A DNA stretch of 64,000 nucleotides from Bacillota bacterium (GCA_029960955.1 JASBVS010000009.1:22645-86644); one strand, 5' to 3'; positions 1 through 9,883 are shown, counted from the stretch's first letter. Notes: generated by a model from the letters alone, not told the origin. Program-made: numbers and translations.

Positions 1-334
1 GCATCCCGTTCTCCCGCACCATCAGCTGCGCCAGCTCGCCGGCACGGGCGCGGATGCCGTCGGCCACGCGGCGCAGGGTGCGCGCCCGCTCCAGCGGGTC
101 CATGCCCAGCCACCGCCGCTCCTCCATGGCGCGGCGGGCCGCCGCCACCGCCCGGTCCACGTCTTCGGGGCCCGCGTCGGCCGCCTCGGCGAACGGCTCC
201 GCCGTCGCCGGGTCCACGTCCTCCCGGTAGCGGCCCGAGGCGGGCGGCAGCCACCGGCCGTCCACGAAGACGACCCGCTCGCGAACCAGTCCGCCCGCCC
301 CGCTACCCGCCCCGCTCAGCGGCATCCCGTCCAT
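1..334 (-). CDS. Aldehyde dehydrogenase family protein, N-terminal part (runs off the window)
   Basis: Manual translation from ATG at 334 (RBS GGAAGGAGG upstream): MDGMPLS...VFVDGRWLPPASGRYREDVDPATAEPFAEAADAGPEDVDRAVAAARRAMEERRWLGMDPLERARTLRRVADGIRARAGELAQLMVRENG, a typical ALDH N-terminus. Not in the ORF track because it is truncated. Confidence 0.9.
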   Translation of the reverse strand, partial: MDGMPLSGAGSGAGGLVRERVVFVDGRWLPPASGRYREDVDPATAEPFAEAADAGPEDVDRAVAAARRAMEERRWLGMDPLERARTLRRVADGIRARAGELAQLMVRENGM

Positions 335-372
335 TGCGCCGCCTCCTTCCTGCGTCCAAGAGGTGTCCGGCC

Positions 373-1491
373 TCAGCTCTCGAGGAGCAGCACGCTCCGC
401 GCCACCTCTCCCGAGCGGAGCGCGTCGAAGGCCTCGTTGACGCCCTCCAGCGGGAACCTGCGCGAGACCAGCTCGTCCAGCTTCAGCCGCCCCGCCATGT
501 AGAGGTCGAGGATGCGCGGGATGTCCACCCCGGGGTTCGAGCGCCCGTACCAGCTGCCCGTCAGCACCTTCGACTGCGAAGGAAGGGAGAAGGCGTTGAT
601 GGAGACTTCCTCGTGCGGCGCGGCCACGCCTACGACGACGACCGTTCCTCCCTTGCGCGCCATGCCGTAGGCGGAGGCGATGGTCTCCGGCCGCCCGATC
701 ACCTCGAAGGCGTAGTCGGTGCCGCGGCCGTCGGTCAGGTCGGCGACGGCGCCCACCAGGTCGTCCGTGCGCGAGGCGTCCACCGTGTGGGTGGCGCCGA
801 ACTCGCGCGCCAGCTCCAGCTTGGCGGGGATCCGGTCGATCGCGACCACGGGCCAGGCGCCGGAAAGGACCGCGGCCTGGATGACGTTGAGCCCGACCCC
901 TCCAGCCCCCAGCACGGCGACGCTGGAGCCCGGCCGCACCCGGGCGGTGTGCACGACGGCACCGTAGCCGGTCGTGACCGCGCAACCCACCAGCGCCGCC
1001 CGGTCCAGCGGGACGTCGGGCCGGATGGGAACCACCCCCTGCTCCGGCACCACGGTCGCCTCGGCGAAGCAGGAGACCTCGAGGAAGTGGTGGACGGCGG
1101 AGCCCCCCGGCCTGCGCAGGCGCAGCGCGCCTCCGGGGAGCGTGCCGGCCACCTGCAGCCGGAAGGCTTCCTCGCACAGTTCGGGGCGGCCGATGCGGCA
1201 GTAGTAGCAGCGGCCGCAGCCGGGGATCCAGGAGAGGACCACGTGGTCGCCGGGCTTGACCCGGGTCACGCCCTCGCCGACCGCCTCCACCACGCCCGCG
1301 CCCTCGTGGCCCAGCACCGCCGGCAGCGGGACGGGAAGGTCGCCGTTGACCACGTGCAGGTCGCTGTGGCAGACGCCCGCCGCGACGACGCGGACCCGCA
1401 CCTCCCCGGGCCCCGGCTCGTCCAGCTCCAGCTCCTCCACGCGAAAGCGCTCGCCCACGTCTTCCAGGAGCGCCGCACGGATGCGCCTCAT
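373..1491 (-). CDS. Zn-dependent alcohol dehydrogenase (MDR, class III-like)
   Basis: GVCHSD and GHEGAG catalytic-Zn motifs, structural CGRCYYC...C, GAGGVG NAD-binding loop. Confidence 0.92.
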   Translation of the reverse strand: MRRIRAALLEDVGERFRVEELELDEPGPGEVRVRVVAAGVCHSDLHVVNGDLPVPLPAVLGHEGAGVVEAVGEGVTRVKPGDHVVLSWIPGCGRCYYCRIGRPELCEEAFRLQVAGTLPGGALRLRRPGGSAVHHFLEVSCFAEATVVPEQGVVPIRPDVPLDRAALVGCAVTTGYGAVVHTARVRPGSSVAVLGAGGVGLNVIQAAVLSGAWPVVAIDRIPAKLELAREFGATHTVDASRTDDLVGAVADLTDGRGTDYAFEVIGRPETIASAYGMARKGGTVVVVGVAAPHEEVSINAFSLPSQSKVLTGSWYGRSNPGVDIPRILDLYMAGRLKLDELVSRRFPLEGVNEAFDALRSGEVARSVLLLES

Positions 1492-1913
1492 GCCTCCAGC
1501 AGCTCCTCGGCGCCCTTCTCCCTGACGACCTGCTTGTACAGTTCGTAGAGGCCGGGCAGGATCGGCAGGAGCTTGAGCGCCCGGTTGATGGCGCCCCTGG
1601 CCTTCACCTGGCCGCGGGCCAGCGCCATGGGCACGTCCAGGCGGCCCTGCCAGAAGCGGTTGCCCACCTCGCCGGAGGACTCGAAGGTGACGTCGGGAGC
1701 CGGCTCCAGGGTGTCGAAGGCGAGGGTCATGTAGGAGCCGTCCGCGGTGGGCGTGCGGCCGTCCATCAGGATCGTCAGCTCCGGGTTGTGGTAGACGAAG
1801 GCGACGATGAGGCCCGCGTCGCGCAGCCCCTTGGCCGCCTCGCCGAACTTGGCGCGCTCGGCCACCGCGCCGAGGATCTCCTTGGCCTGCTCCGCATCAC
1901 GGAAGGTCGGCAT
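1488..1913 (-). CDS. SCP2 sterol/lipid-binding domain protein
   Basis: Start moved to ATG at 1913 (RBS GAGGGAGGAG). C-terminal 'FWQGRLDVPMALARGQVKARG' is the SCP2 signature. Overlaps the ADH start by 4 nt. Confidence 0.75.
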   Translation of the reverse strand: MPTFRDAEQAKEILGAVAERAKFGEAAKGLRDAGLIVAFVYHNPELTILMDGRTPTADGSYMTLAFDTLEPAPDVTFESSGEVGNRFWQGRLDVPMALARGQVKARGAINRALKLLPILPGLYELYKQVVREKGAEELLEA

Positions 1914-1955
1914 GCGATCTCTCCTCCCTCTCCGGCCGCGGTCCGGAGCCACGCT

Positions 1956-3596
1956 TCACTCGAAGAGGTGCGGCACGCTCCGGTCGACGGCCACGTCGAC
2001 CACGAAGGGACCCCTCGCCTCCATCGCCCCCGCCAGCGCCGGGGCCAAGTCCGCGGGCGCCTCCACGCGCACCCCCCGCCCGCCCAGCGCCTCGGCGAGG
2101 CGGACCGGATCGAGGCCGGGGAGCTCCAGGCCGGGCGTCGCGTCCGCCCGGCCGGGGTAGTAGGCGGCGGCGTAGCTCTTCAGGATGGCGTAGCCGCCGT
2201 TGTCCAGGACGACCACCGGCAGCGCCACCCCTTCCTGCGACGCCGTCCAGAGCGCCTGGGGCGCGTAGAGGAAGGCCCCGTCGCCCACCACGGCGAGCAC
2301 GCGGCGCTCCGGGCGCGCCAGCTTGGCGCCCACCGCCGCCGCCAGGCCCCAGCCCAGGCCGCCGCTGGCGGCGGTCAGGTAGCCGCCGGGCTCCGTCGCC
2401 AGCCAGCGCCGGACCAGGGGGCTGGCGGAGACCGCCTCGTCCACCACCAGCCATCCTTCCTCCCCGGCCGCCAGAGGCCGTTCCAGCAGGGCGCGCAGCG
2501 TCTCCAGGACGAAGGGCACCCCCATCCGTCCCCGCGCCCGCGCCGCCTCGGCGCGCTGCCAGGCCCTCTCCGCCAGCCCGCCGCGGGGCGGAAGGCCCTC
2601 CGGCCCCCGTTGCTCCTCCCCCACGCGCTCCAGCAGCGCCTCCAGCGAAGCCCGCACGCCGCCCAGGAGCACCCTCTCCGCCACCGCCCGGGCGGCTTCG
2701 GCGGGATCGTCGGTCAGCAGCCAGAGCTCGCTGCCCGGCGGCACCAGCGGCCCCGGCAGGAAGGGGTAGACCAGGAACGCCGGCGCTCCGACCACGAGGA
2801 CGAAGTCGCTGCCCAGAAGCGCCTGGGCGATGCGCGGCGCACCCGGCATCAGCTCGCCCCGGTAGAGCGGGTGATCCCGGGGGAAGGAAGCCCGCGGGCC
2901 CAGGGGATCGCCCCAGACCGCCGCCCCCAGCCGCTCCGCCAGCTCCACCGCCAGTCCGGCGGCGCCCGCCCGGTCGACCGCCGCCCCGACCACCAGCGCG
3001 GGACTGCCGGCGCCGCGCAGCCGCCTCGCCAGCTCTTCCACCGCCTCGTGCGGCGGGGTTCCCGGCGCCTCGACGCGACCGGCCTCGGCCATCCCGCTCT
3101 CGGCCGGTCCGTCCCAGAAGTCGCTGGGCACCACGACGACCACGGGGCCGCCGGGAGGCGTCGACGCGAGGCGCCAGGCCCGCTCGAAGGCCGCCGCCAC
3201 ATCCTCGGGCCGCGCCGGCTCGACCACGCCCTTGACCGCCCCGCGGGCCATCTCGGCCATGTCGGCGGCCAACAGCGGCTCCAGGTGGAGGTGGCGGCTG
3301 TCCTGCTGCCCCACCGCCACCACCATCGGCGTCCGGTTCTTCCAGGCCGTGAAGAGCGCCCCGATGGCGTTTCCGAGCCCCGGCGCGGCGTGGAGCTCCA
3401 CCAGCGCCGGGCGGCCGGCCGCCTGGGCGTAGCCGTCGGCCATGGCCACCACCGCGGCTTCCTGGAGGCCCAGGGTGAAGCGGACCCGAGCGGGCAGCCC
3501 GACCAGCATGGGCACCTCCGTCGAGCCCGGGTTGCCGAAGAGGCGTCGCACCTCGCGCCGCTCGAGCCAGAGGTGGAAGGCTTCGCGGGCCTTCAT
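1956..3596 (-). CDS. mdlC: ThDP-dependent decarboxylase, benzoylformate decarboxylase family
   Basis: Start MKAREAF at 3596. FGNPGSTE, LGLQEAAVVAMADGYAQ, LHAAPGLGN and the GDG...N ThDP motif are present. Confidence 0.8.
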   Translation of the reverse strand: MKAREAFHLWLERREVRRLFGNPGSTEVPMLVGLPARVRFTLGLQEAAVVAMADGYAQAAGRPALVELHAAPGLGNAIGALFTAWKNRTPMVVAVGQQDSRHLHLEPLLAADMAEMARGAVKGVVEPARPEDVAAAFERAWRLASTPPGGPVVVVVPSDFWDGPAESGMAEAGRVEAPGTPPHEAVEELARRLRGAGSPALVVGAAVDRAGAAGLAVELAERLGAAVWGDPLGPRASFPRDHPLYRGELMPGAPRIAQALLGSDFVLVVGAPAFLVYPFLPGPLVPPGSELWLLTDDPAEAARAVAERVLLGGVRASLEALLERVGEEQRGPEGLPPRGGLAERAWQRAEAARARGRMGVPFVLETLRALLERPLAAGEEGWLVVDEAVSASPLVRRWLATEPGGYLTAASGGLGWGLAAAVGAKLARPERRVLAVVGDGAFLYAPQALWTASQEGVALPVVVLDNGGYAILKSYAAAYYPGRADATPGLELPGLDPVRLAEALGGRGVRVEAPADLAPALAGAMEARGPFVVDVAVDRSVPHLFE

Positions 3597-4564
3597 CGCG
3601 GCGCGCCCTCCAGCACCACGTCGGCCAGCGGCCGGCCGTCGAGCCAGCGGATCACGTTCTGCACCGCCGCCTGGGCGATCCGCTCCTGGGCCTCCACCGT
3701 GACGCCGGCGCCGTGCGGGGTGAGGAGCACGTTGGGCAGGCCCCGCAGCGGATGATCCCGGGGCGGCGGCTCCGGGTGGAAGACGTCCAGCGCGGCTCCG
3801 GCCAGGCGACCGCTGCGCAGCGCCTCGGCGAGGGCCGCCTCGTCCACCAGCTCCGCCCGAGCGGTGTTGATCAGGAAGGCGCCCGGCTTGATCCGGCCGA
3901 TCCGCTGCGCGTCCAGGAGCCCCCGCGTCTCGGGCGTCAGCGGCAGGTGGAGCGTGACCAGGTCGCTGCTCGCGAGAAGCCCGTCCAGGTCGGCGCAGGT
4001 CAGGCCGAGCGCCGCCTCCTCCTCCGGCGGGAGGCGCCGGATGTCGTGATAGAGGAGCCCGACGCCGAAGGGGAGGAGCCGCGCGGCCACCTCCCGCCCG
4101 ATGCGGCCCATGCCCACGACGCCGACGGTCCGGCCGGCCAGGTCGTGGGCACCGCCCATCCAGTCGGCCAGCGGCCACTCGCCCGCGTGGAGAGCCCGGT
4201 CGCTGCGCACGAGACCGCGCAGGAGCGCCAGCGCCGCCATGACGACGTGCTCGGCGACGCTGACTGCGTTGGCGCCGGCCACGGCCGCCACGGTGACGCC
4301 CCGCGCCCGGGCGGCCTCCAGGTCGACGTGGTCCACGCCGACCCCGGCCACCTGGATGAGGCGGAGCCGGTGCGCCCGCTCGAGCAGGTCTGCGGTGAGC
4401 GGATGGAAGGCGGTGGAGACGAGGACTTCCGCGTCGCCGATCTCGCGCTCGGCTTCCTCGCGCGTCGTCGCCACGACCAGGTCGTGCTCGCGGAAGAGGG
4501 CCGCCAGCATGACGGCCTGGGCGGCCGTCCCTTCGGAAGGCGGCAGCAGAGCCAGGAGCTTCAG
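3593..4564 (-). CDS. D-isomer-specific 2-hydroxyacid dehydrogenase (NAD-binding)
   Basis: GVGVDHVD, NAVSVAEH, GMGRIG, INTARAEL, LDVFHPEP and TPH motifs. ATG at 4510 has no RBS; an in-frame CTG at 4564 follows GAGGGGGG. Confidence 0.85.
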   Translation of the reverse strand: MKLLALLPPSEGTAAQAVMLAALFREHDLVVATTREEAEREIGDAEVLVSTAFHPLTADLLERAHRLRLIQVAGVGVDHVDLEAARARGVTVAAVAGANAVSVAEHVVMAALALLRGLVRSDRALHAGEWPLADWMGGAHDLAGRTVGVVGMGRIGREVAARLLPFGVGLLYHDIRRLPPEEEAALGLTCADLDGLLASSDLVTLHLPLTPETRGLLDAQRIGRIKPGAFLINTARAELVDEAALAEALRSGRLAGAALDVFHPEPPPRDHPLRGLPNVLLTPHGAGVTVEAQERIAQAAVQNVIRWLDGRPLADVVLEGAPR

Positions 4565-4645
4565 AGGAGTCCCCCCTCGCCTCCGGATCCTAGGAGGCCG
4601 GCAGGACCTCTTCGACGCAACCAGTGATCAAAAACGCGTTTCGCG

Positions 4646-5506
4646 TCAGGACTCCGCGCCGTCGCGCAGGATTTCGGACGAGCAGCCGGGCAGGAAGACG
4701 TTGAACCAGACGTCCGGGTGGTCCAGCACGCGAAGCCGGAGGACGCGCAGATGCGTCACGCCCCCGCGGCGCTGCAGCGTCAGCGCCAGCGTCGGCGCGC
4801 CGTCGGGCGCCGCCTCCACCGCCCTCCACAGCCGGCGGAAGTCGGGCAGGCGGCGGAGCCGCCGGAGGAGGGCCGCCGCCTCCGGATGGCGGATGCGCGC
4901 CCGGCTGTCGCGCTTGAACTGGGCGAGGGCCGCGCGCGCCAGCGCCTCCCACTGGAGGAAGCGCTTCCTGTAGGCGGGGTCGAAGAGGAAGTCCAGGATC
5001 GAGAGCCGGCCGGGGGCCAGGCCGGCGGGGGCGACTTCGAAGAGCTCCAGGGCGGCGTCGTTCCAGCCGCGGAGGCGCCAGAGGCTGTCGTGGACGTAGG
5101 CGGGCAGCCGGGTGGCGCGGGCGGCCTCGACGCTCATCGCCACCAGCTCGTCGAAGCGGACGAGCGCCGGCCCGGCCTCGACCTCCGCCCATGCCGCCGC
5201 GGACGGCCCCGCGCCGTCCGCAAGGACCGGCCCCGCCGGCGCCCGCGCCACCGCCGCCGTCGCGGCCGGCTGGAGGAGGTGGCCGGCCGCGGCGAAGAAG
5301 CGCCGGCGCTCCTCGCCGGCCAGCTGGAGCGCGTTGGCCAGGGCGTGGGTGGAGCGCAGCGAGGGATGGAGCTTCCGGCCCGCCTCCAGCTGGGCGACGT
5401 ACTGCCTGGAGCAGCCTGCCAGGCCCGCCAGGCCGGCCTGGCTCAGCCCGAGCCGGGTCCGGTGCCGGGCCAGCAGAAGACCGAAACTGCCTTCGGGCGC
5501 CAGCAT
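4646..5506 (-). CDS. XRE-family HTH regulator with MmyB-like ligand-binding domain
   Basis: N-terminal HTH (LSQAGLAGLAGCSRQYVAQLEAGR); C-terminal PAYVHD..W....WNDAA...F and FRRLW MmyB-type motifs. ATG at 5506 follows GAGGGGGAGG. Confidence 0.8.
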   Translation of the reverse strand: MLAPEGSFGLLLARHRTRLGLSQAGLAGLAGCSRQYVAQLEAGRKLHPSLRSTHALANALQLAGEERRRFFAAAGHLLQPAATAAVARAPAGPVLADGAGPSAAAWAEVEAGPALVRFDELVAMSVEAARATRLPAYVHDSLWRLRGWNDAALELFEVAPAGLAPGRLSILDFLFDPAYRKRFLQWEALARAALAQFKRDSRARIRHPEAAALLRRLRRLPDFRRLWRAVEAAPDGAPTLALTLQRRGGVTHLRVLRLRVLDHPDVWFNVFLPGCSSEILRDGAES

Positions 5507-5621
5507 CTCGCCTCCCCCTCCCCGCGAGAGCCGGTCGCCGACGACTGGATCTTTGAAACGGAGATTCGTGGAGCGCGATCCGCTCACCTTCCCGCACCCG
5601 CCGGAGGTTCAAGGCTCGTGT

Positions 5622-6440
5622 CTACGGTCGGCTGTCGACCGTAACGCCGAAAAGGGGGTCCCGTCCCTCCGCCCAGGCGCGCACCGCCTCGTAGAAGGAG
5701 CCGGGGTCGATGGTGGCGGCGCGGGCCTCTTCCTGCGGCGGCGAAGCCTCGCCGCCGGCCGAGGCGAGGGCGGCGCTGGCGGAAACCGCCCGCTTGGCGG
5801 CGCGGAGCGATGCGGGCGAGAGGCGCGCCAACTCGCCGAGAAGCGAGGCAAGCGCCGCCTCCAGCTCCTCCTCCGGCACCAGCCGGCTCAGGAGCCCCCA
5901 GGCGAGCGCTTCGTCCGCGGGGAGCAGCCGGCCGGTGAGGAGGAGCTCCTTGGCCCTGGCCGGACCGATGGCGCGGACCAGGCGCGCGGCGAAGGGCACG
6001 CCGGGCAGGATGCCCAGCCTGGCCACCGGCATTCCCAGGCGGGCGCGCGGGGTGCCCAGACGCAGGTCGCAGGCCAGGAGAAGCTCGAGCCCCGCCCCCG
6101 CGGCCACCCCGTCCGCCACGGCGAGGGTCGGCGCGCCGAGCCGTTCCACCTTCTCCAGCGTCGCCTCCATCAGCGCGAAGGCCGCGTCGACCTCCGGCGG
6201 GGCCAGCGAGCGGAGCTCGTCCAGGTCGGCGCCCGCGCAGAAGGAGCCGGGCCGGCCTCGCAGGACCAGCGCGCGCACGCCCGGGCTCCGCTCGACTTCC
6301 TCGAGGAAGCCGGCCAGCTCTTCCCACATCGAGCGGGTCATGGCGTTCCGGCGCTCGGCGCGGTCGACGGTCAGCCAGGCGACGCGCCCCTCCCCGCCGG
6401 GGAGGGGGGCGATCTCGAGGCGCAGCGCCTCAGACCGCAT
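5622..6440 (-). CDS. Crotonase / enoyl-CoA hydratase superfamily protein
   Basis: RRNAM, FCAGADL, GAGLELLLACDLR and AKELLLTG motifs. Confidence 0.88.
   Translation of the reverse strand: MRSEALRLEIAPLPGGEGRVAWLTVDRAERRNAMTRSMWEELAGFLEEVERSPGVRALVLRGRPGSFCAGADLDELRSLAPPEVDAAFALMEATLEKVERLGAPTLAVADGVAAGAGLELLLACDLRLGTPRARLGMPVARLGILPGVPFAARLVRAIGPARAKELLLTGRLLPADEALAWGLLSRLVPEEELEAALASLLGELARLSPASLRAAKRAVSASAALASAGGEASPPQEEARAATIDPGSFYEAVRAWAEGRDPLFGVTVDSRP
5632..5642. promoter_or_regulatory. Copy of the repeated CTGTCGACCGT motif (candidate GntR/FCD site)
   Basis: Identical 11-mer at 9952-9962; 10-mer on the opposite strand at 7661-7670. Confidence 0.4.
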
Positions 6441-7680
6441 GGCGGATCCCCCGCGCGAGCGCCGCTTCGCCCGGGATGGCGCCCGCCTCCTGCAGCCGCT
6501 CCACCTCCGCCTCGCTGAAGCCGGCCTCGCGGAGGATCTCGAGCGTCTGCTGGCCGAGCAGGGGCGGCGGGCTGGCGATCCGCCCCGGGGTCCGGGAGAA
6601 CTTGACCGGCAGGCCGGTCGTCCGGATCCGGCCGGCCGTCGGGTGATCCATCTCCACCACCATCTCGCGCGCCGCCACCTGCGGGTGCGAGAGCGCCTCG
6701 CCCACGGTGAGGATGGGGCCGCAGGGCACGCCCGCGCGGTCGAGCGCCTCGGTCCACTCGGCCGAGGAGCGCGTCGCGAGGCGCGCGGCCAGGAGCGGGA
6801 TCAGCTCCGAGCGGTGCTCCACGCGCGCGGGGTTGGTGGCGAAGCGCGGGTCGCCGGCCAGCTCGGGGAGGCCGAGCGCCTCGCAGAAGGACCTCCACAG
6901 GCGGTCGTTGCCCACGGCCACCATGATGTGGCCGTCGGCGGTGGCGAAGGGCTGGTAGGGAACGATGTTGGGATGCGCCGAGCCCAGGCGCGAGGGGTTT
7001 CGCCCGGTGGCGAAGTAGGCGCCGGCGACGTAGGTCAGCCAGGCGATCTGGCCGTCCAGCAGCGAGACGTCCAGGTACTGGCCCTCTCCGGAGCGCTCGC
7101 GCTCGTAGAGCGCGGCGACGATGGCGAAGGCCGCCCACATCCCGGCGGTCAGGTCGGCGATGGACATGCCGTGCTTGGTCGGCTCCCCGTCCGGCTCGCC
7201 CGTGATCGACATCATGCCGCTCATGGCCTGGGCAACGGCGTCGAAGCCGGGCCGGTCCCGGTCCGGGCCGGTCTGGCCGAAACCGGAGATGGAGCAGTAG
7301 ACCAAGCGGGGATTGAACTGGCGCAGCTGCCGGTAGCCGATGCCCAGGCGGTCCGCAGTGCCGGGCCGGAAGTTCTCGATGACCACGTCCGCCGTCTCCG
7401 CGATACGGTAGACCACCCTCCGGCCCTCGGCGGTGGCCAGGTCGACGGCCAGGCTCCGCTTGTTCCGGTTGACGCTGAGAAAGTAGGCGCTCTCGCCGCC
7501 CAGGAAGGGGGGACCCCACTGGCGGGTGTCGTCCCCCGACCCGGGGCGCTCCACCTTGATCACGTCGGCTCCCCAGTCGGCCAGCATCATGGAACAGTAG
7601 GGACCCGAGAGGATGCGGGAGAAGTCGAGGACGCGAACGCCTTCCAGCGGTGGACGGCCGACGGTCGACATCCCATCCAT
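6430..7680 (-). CDS. Class III CoA-transferase (CaiB/BaiF, Frc family)
   Basis: [46 protein letters not shown], catalytic Asp in SIADLTAG. Start at 7680 after AAGGAGG. Confidence 0.92.
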   Translation of the reverse strand: MDGMSTVGRPPLEGVRVLDFSRILSGPYCSMMLADWGADVIKVERPGSGDDTRQWGPPFLGGESAYFLSVNRNKRSLAVDLATAEGRRVVYRIAETADVVIENFRPGTADRLGIGYRQLRQFNPRLVYCSISGFGQTGPDRDRPGFDAVAQAMSGMMSITGEPDGEPTKHGMSIADLTAGMWAAFAIVAALYERERSGEGQYLDVSLLDGQIAWLTYVAGAYFATGRNPSRLGSAHPNIVPYQPFATADGHIMVAVGNDRLWRSFCEALGLPELAGDPRFATNPARVEHRSELIPLLAARLATRSSAEWTEALDRAGVPCGPILTVGEALSHPQVAAREMVVEMDHPTAGRIRTTGLPVKFSRTPGRIASPPPLLGQQTLEILREAGFSEAEVERLQEAGAIPGEAALARGIRHAV

Positions 7681-7717
7681 CCAGAAAGCCTCCTTGGCAC
7701 CTTGGCCTGGCGAGGCT

Positions 7718-8452
7718 TCAGCCGGGAGGCCCGGAGTCCGGCTCGCTGCCCTGGAAGTGCCGAGCCACCCGGTCGCCGGCCTCGCGAACATGCTCCTCCA
7801 TGACGTCGGCGGCCCGGCCCGGGTCGCCCGAGCGGACGGCATCCCAGATGGCCCGGTGGTGCTGAAGGTAGCAGGCGGCGTTCCCCGGTATCGCGAGGCT
7901 CGCGTGGCGCGCGTAGACGATGCGATCCTGCAAGCCGGACATCAGCTGCGTGAGCGTCGCGTTGCCCGCGGCCGCGCAGATCGCGTCGTGGAAGGCGTTG
8001 GTCGCCTCGACGAGCGCCTCGCGCAGGTGCTCGGGCTCCGCCAGGGCGGCCTCGTGGCGGGAGAGGGCGGCCTCGGCCCTCTCCAGCGCCTCCAGCGCTT
8101 CGGCGCGCCCTTCCCGCACCGCGAGCGCGGCCTCGTAGGCGGCCAGGCGCTCCAGCGCGCGCCTGCAGGCATAGAGCTCCCGGATCTGGCGAAGGTTCAG
8201 GCGCGTCACCTGCAGCCCTCCGTCCACCCGGGTGACCAGCCCGTCCTGCTCCAGCTTCCGCAGGGCCTCCCGGACCGGCGCCCTGCTCACGTCCAGGTCC
8301 GCCGCCAGCCGGCTTTCCACCAGGCGTTCGCCGGGCCGGATGCGTTCGGTCACGATGGCGTGGCGGAGCCGTCGATAGACCTGCAGGTAGATGGGCTCCG
8401 CCTTCTCGATCGGACCGCCCGCCAGTGATCCCGAGTTCAGCGCGTTCTTCAC
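7718..8452 (-). CDS. GntR-family (FadR/FCD) transcriptional regulator
   Basis: PGERLVESRLAADLDVSRAPVREALRKLEQDGLV winged helix; FCD domain with N..FH...GN and HH..I. Confidence 0.9.
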   Translation of the reverse strand: MKNALNSGSLAGGPIEKAEPIYLQVYRRLRHAIVTERIRPGERLVESRLAADLDVSRAPVREALRKLEQDGLVTRVDGGLQVTRLNLRQIRELYACRRALERLAAYEAALAVREGRAEALEALERAEAALSRHEAALAEPEHLREALVEATNAFHDAICAAAGNATLTQLMSGLQDRIVYARHASLAIPGNAACYLQHHRAIWDAVRSGDPGRAADVMEEHVREAGDRVARHFQGSEPDSGPPG

Positions 8453-8587
8453 GGAAGCACCCCCGAAGACGAGTCCGGCCGTGCGCCGGACGAGCTCCGT
8501 CTCACAAGGGTTTCCTTCCGCGGGTTCGAGTCGACTCCTCCGGTGCTAGGGCGGATGTCCCATGGCGGTCCTCCTTCCTGCAGAGGG

Positions 8588-9883
8588 TCAGTCGGGCAGC
8601 GCGCAGCCCTTCGTCTCCGGCACCAGCCCCAGGAGCGCGAGACCGATCAGGAAGGCGATGGAGGTCAGCGCGATGGGCGTACCCAGCGAATGGAAGTAGC
8701 TGACGCCCGCCCCCACCAGGAAGGTGATGGCGGCCCCCAGGAAGCGGCCGATGGAGGTGGCGAAGGCGAAGGCGGTGGCGCGCACGTCGGTGCTGTACTG
8801 CTCGGGCAGCCAGAGCGTGAAGACCGCGAAGTCGGCGCCGCCGAAGCCCAGGACGGGCAGCAGGTAGTAGAAGCTCTGCACGCTGCCGTGATAGAAGACC
8901 CAGCCGAAGTCGCCGGCGACCGCCAGGAACATGCAGAGGAACATGACGGCCAGGGTCGCCCGGCGGCCGATGCCCTCGGCCAGGATCGGCATCAGCAGGC
9001 AGCCGAAGACGGTGAAGGCGGCGGTCAACATGGTCCCGTACGAGGCCAGGTGGACCGTGGTCACCTTGTCGAGGCCCGCGGCCGTGCTCAGCTGCGTGAT
9101 CGCTGTCGGAAGATAGACCGTGCCCGCCCAGAGCCCGATCATGGCAACGCTGAGCAGGAGGGCGTTCCCCACGGTCCGCCGGAGGTAGTGGGGCGCGAAG
9201 ATCCCCGAGAGGAAGCGGCCGAATCCCTCGCGGCGGGTGTGCGTCTCGACCCGCTGCCAGCGCTGGGGCTCGTGGACGCCGTAGCGGATGAAGGCGACCA
9301 GGAAGGCCGGGACGATGCCGATCCAGAACATGACGCGCCAGCCGAAGGCCGGGGTCACGAAGAGGTTCAGGACCGCGGCGACGATGAAGCCGATGTAGTA
9401 GCCGGTGTGCAGGTAGCCGGCACCCATCTTCCTCCGCGACTCCGGCCACTCCTCGGCGACGAACGTGCCGCCCATCGACCACTCGCCGCCGATGCCCAAC
9501 CCCGCCAGGAAGCGGAAGACCATCAGCTCCCACACGTTCTGGGCGAATCCGGCCAGGAAGGTGAAGAGCGAGTAGACCAGGATCGTCCACATCAGCGTGC
9601 GGGCGCGGCCGAAACGGTCGGCCACCGGCCCCCAGAGGGTGGAGAGGCCCCAGCCGACGAGGAAGAGGGCGAAGCCGATGCCGCCCCAGAGGCCGAGGTT
9701 GCCCGGCGTCACCGCGATCCCGGACTTGGGCAGCAGTTCGGTCAGCGCCGGCGTCAGCACCAGGGCGAAGATGCTGGAGTCCATCCCGTCCAGCAACCAG
9801 CCGCCCCACGAGGCGAGGAAGCCGTTGACCTGGTTCCGGGTCAACCGCTCCGCCGCAAGCCGCTCCTCCGTCAACGTCGCCAA
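8588..9883 (-). CDS. MFS transporter (aromatic acid/carboxylate symporter-like)
   Basis: About 12 hydrophobic segments; GPVADRFGR, RFLAGLGIGGEW and EQYSTDVRAT motifs. Confidence 0.9.
   Translation of the reverse strand: MATLTEERLAAERLTRNQVNGFLASWGGWLLDGMDSSIFALVLTPALTELLPKSGIAVTPGNLGLWGGIGFALFLVGWGLSTLWGPVADRFGRARTLMWTILVYSLFTFLAGFAQNVWELMVFRFLAGLGIGGEWSMGGTFVAEEWPESRRKMGAGYLHTGYYIGFIVAAVLNLFVTPAFGWRVMFWIGIVPAFLVAFIRYGVHEPQRWQRVETHTRREGFGRFLSGIFAPHYLRRTVGNALLLSVAMIGLWAGTVYLPTAITQLSTAAGLDKVTTVHLASYGTMLTAAFTVFGCLLMPILAEGIGRRATLAVMFLCMFLAVAGDFGWVFYHGSVQSFYYLLPVLGFGGADFAVFTLWLPEQYSTDVRATAFAFATSIGRFLGAAITFLVGAGVSYFHSLGTPIALTSIAFLIGLALLGLVPETKGCALPD

Noticed and set aside
4632..4641. Palindrome AAACGCGTTT upstream of the hydroxyacid dehydrogenase
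   Set aside because: Single short copy with no second instance to support an operator call.
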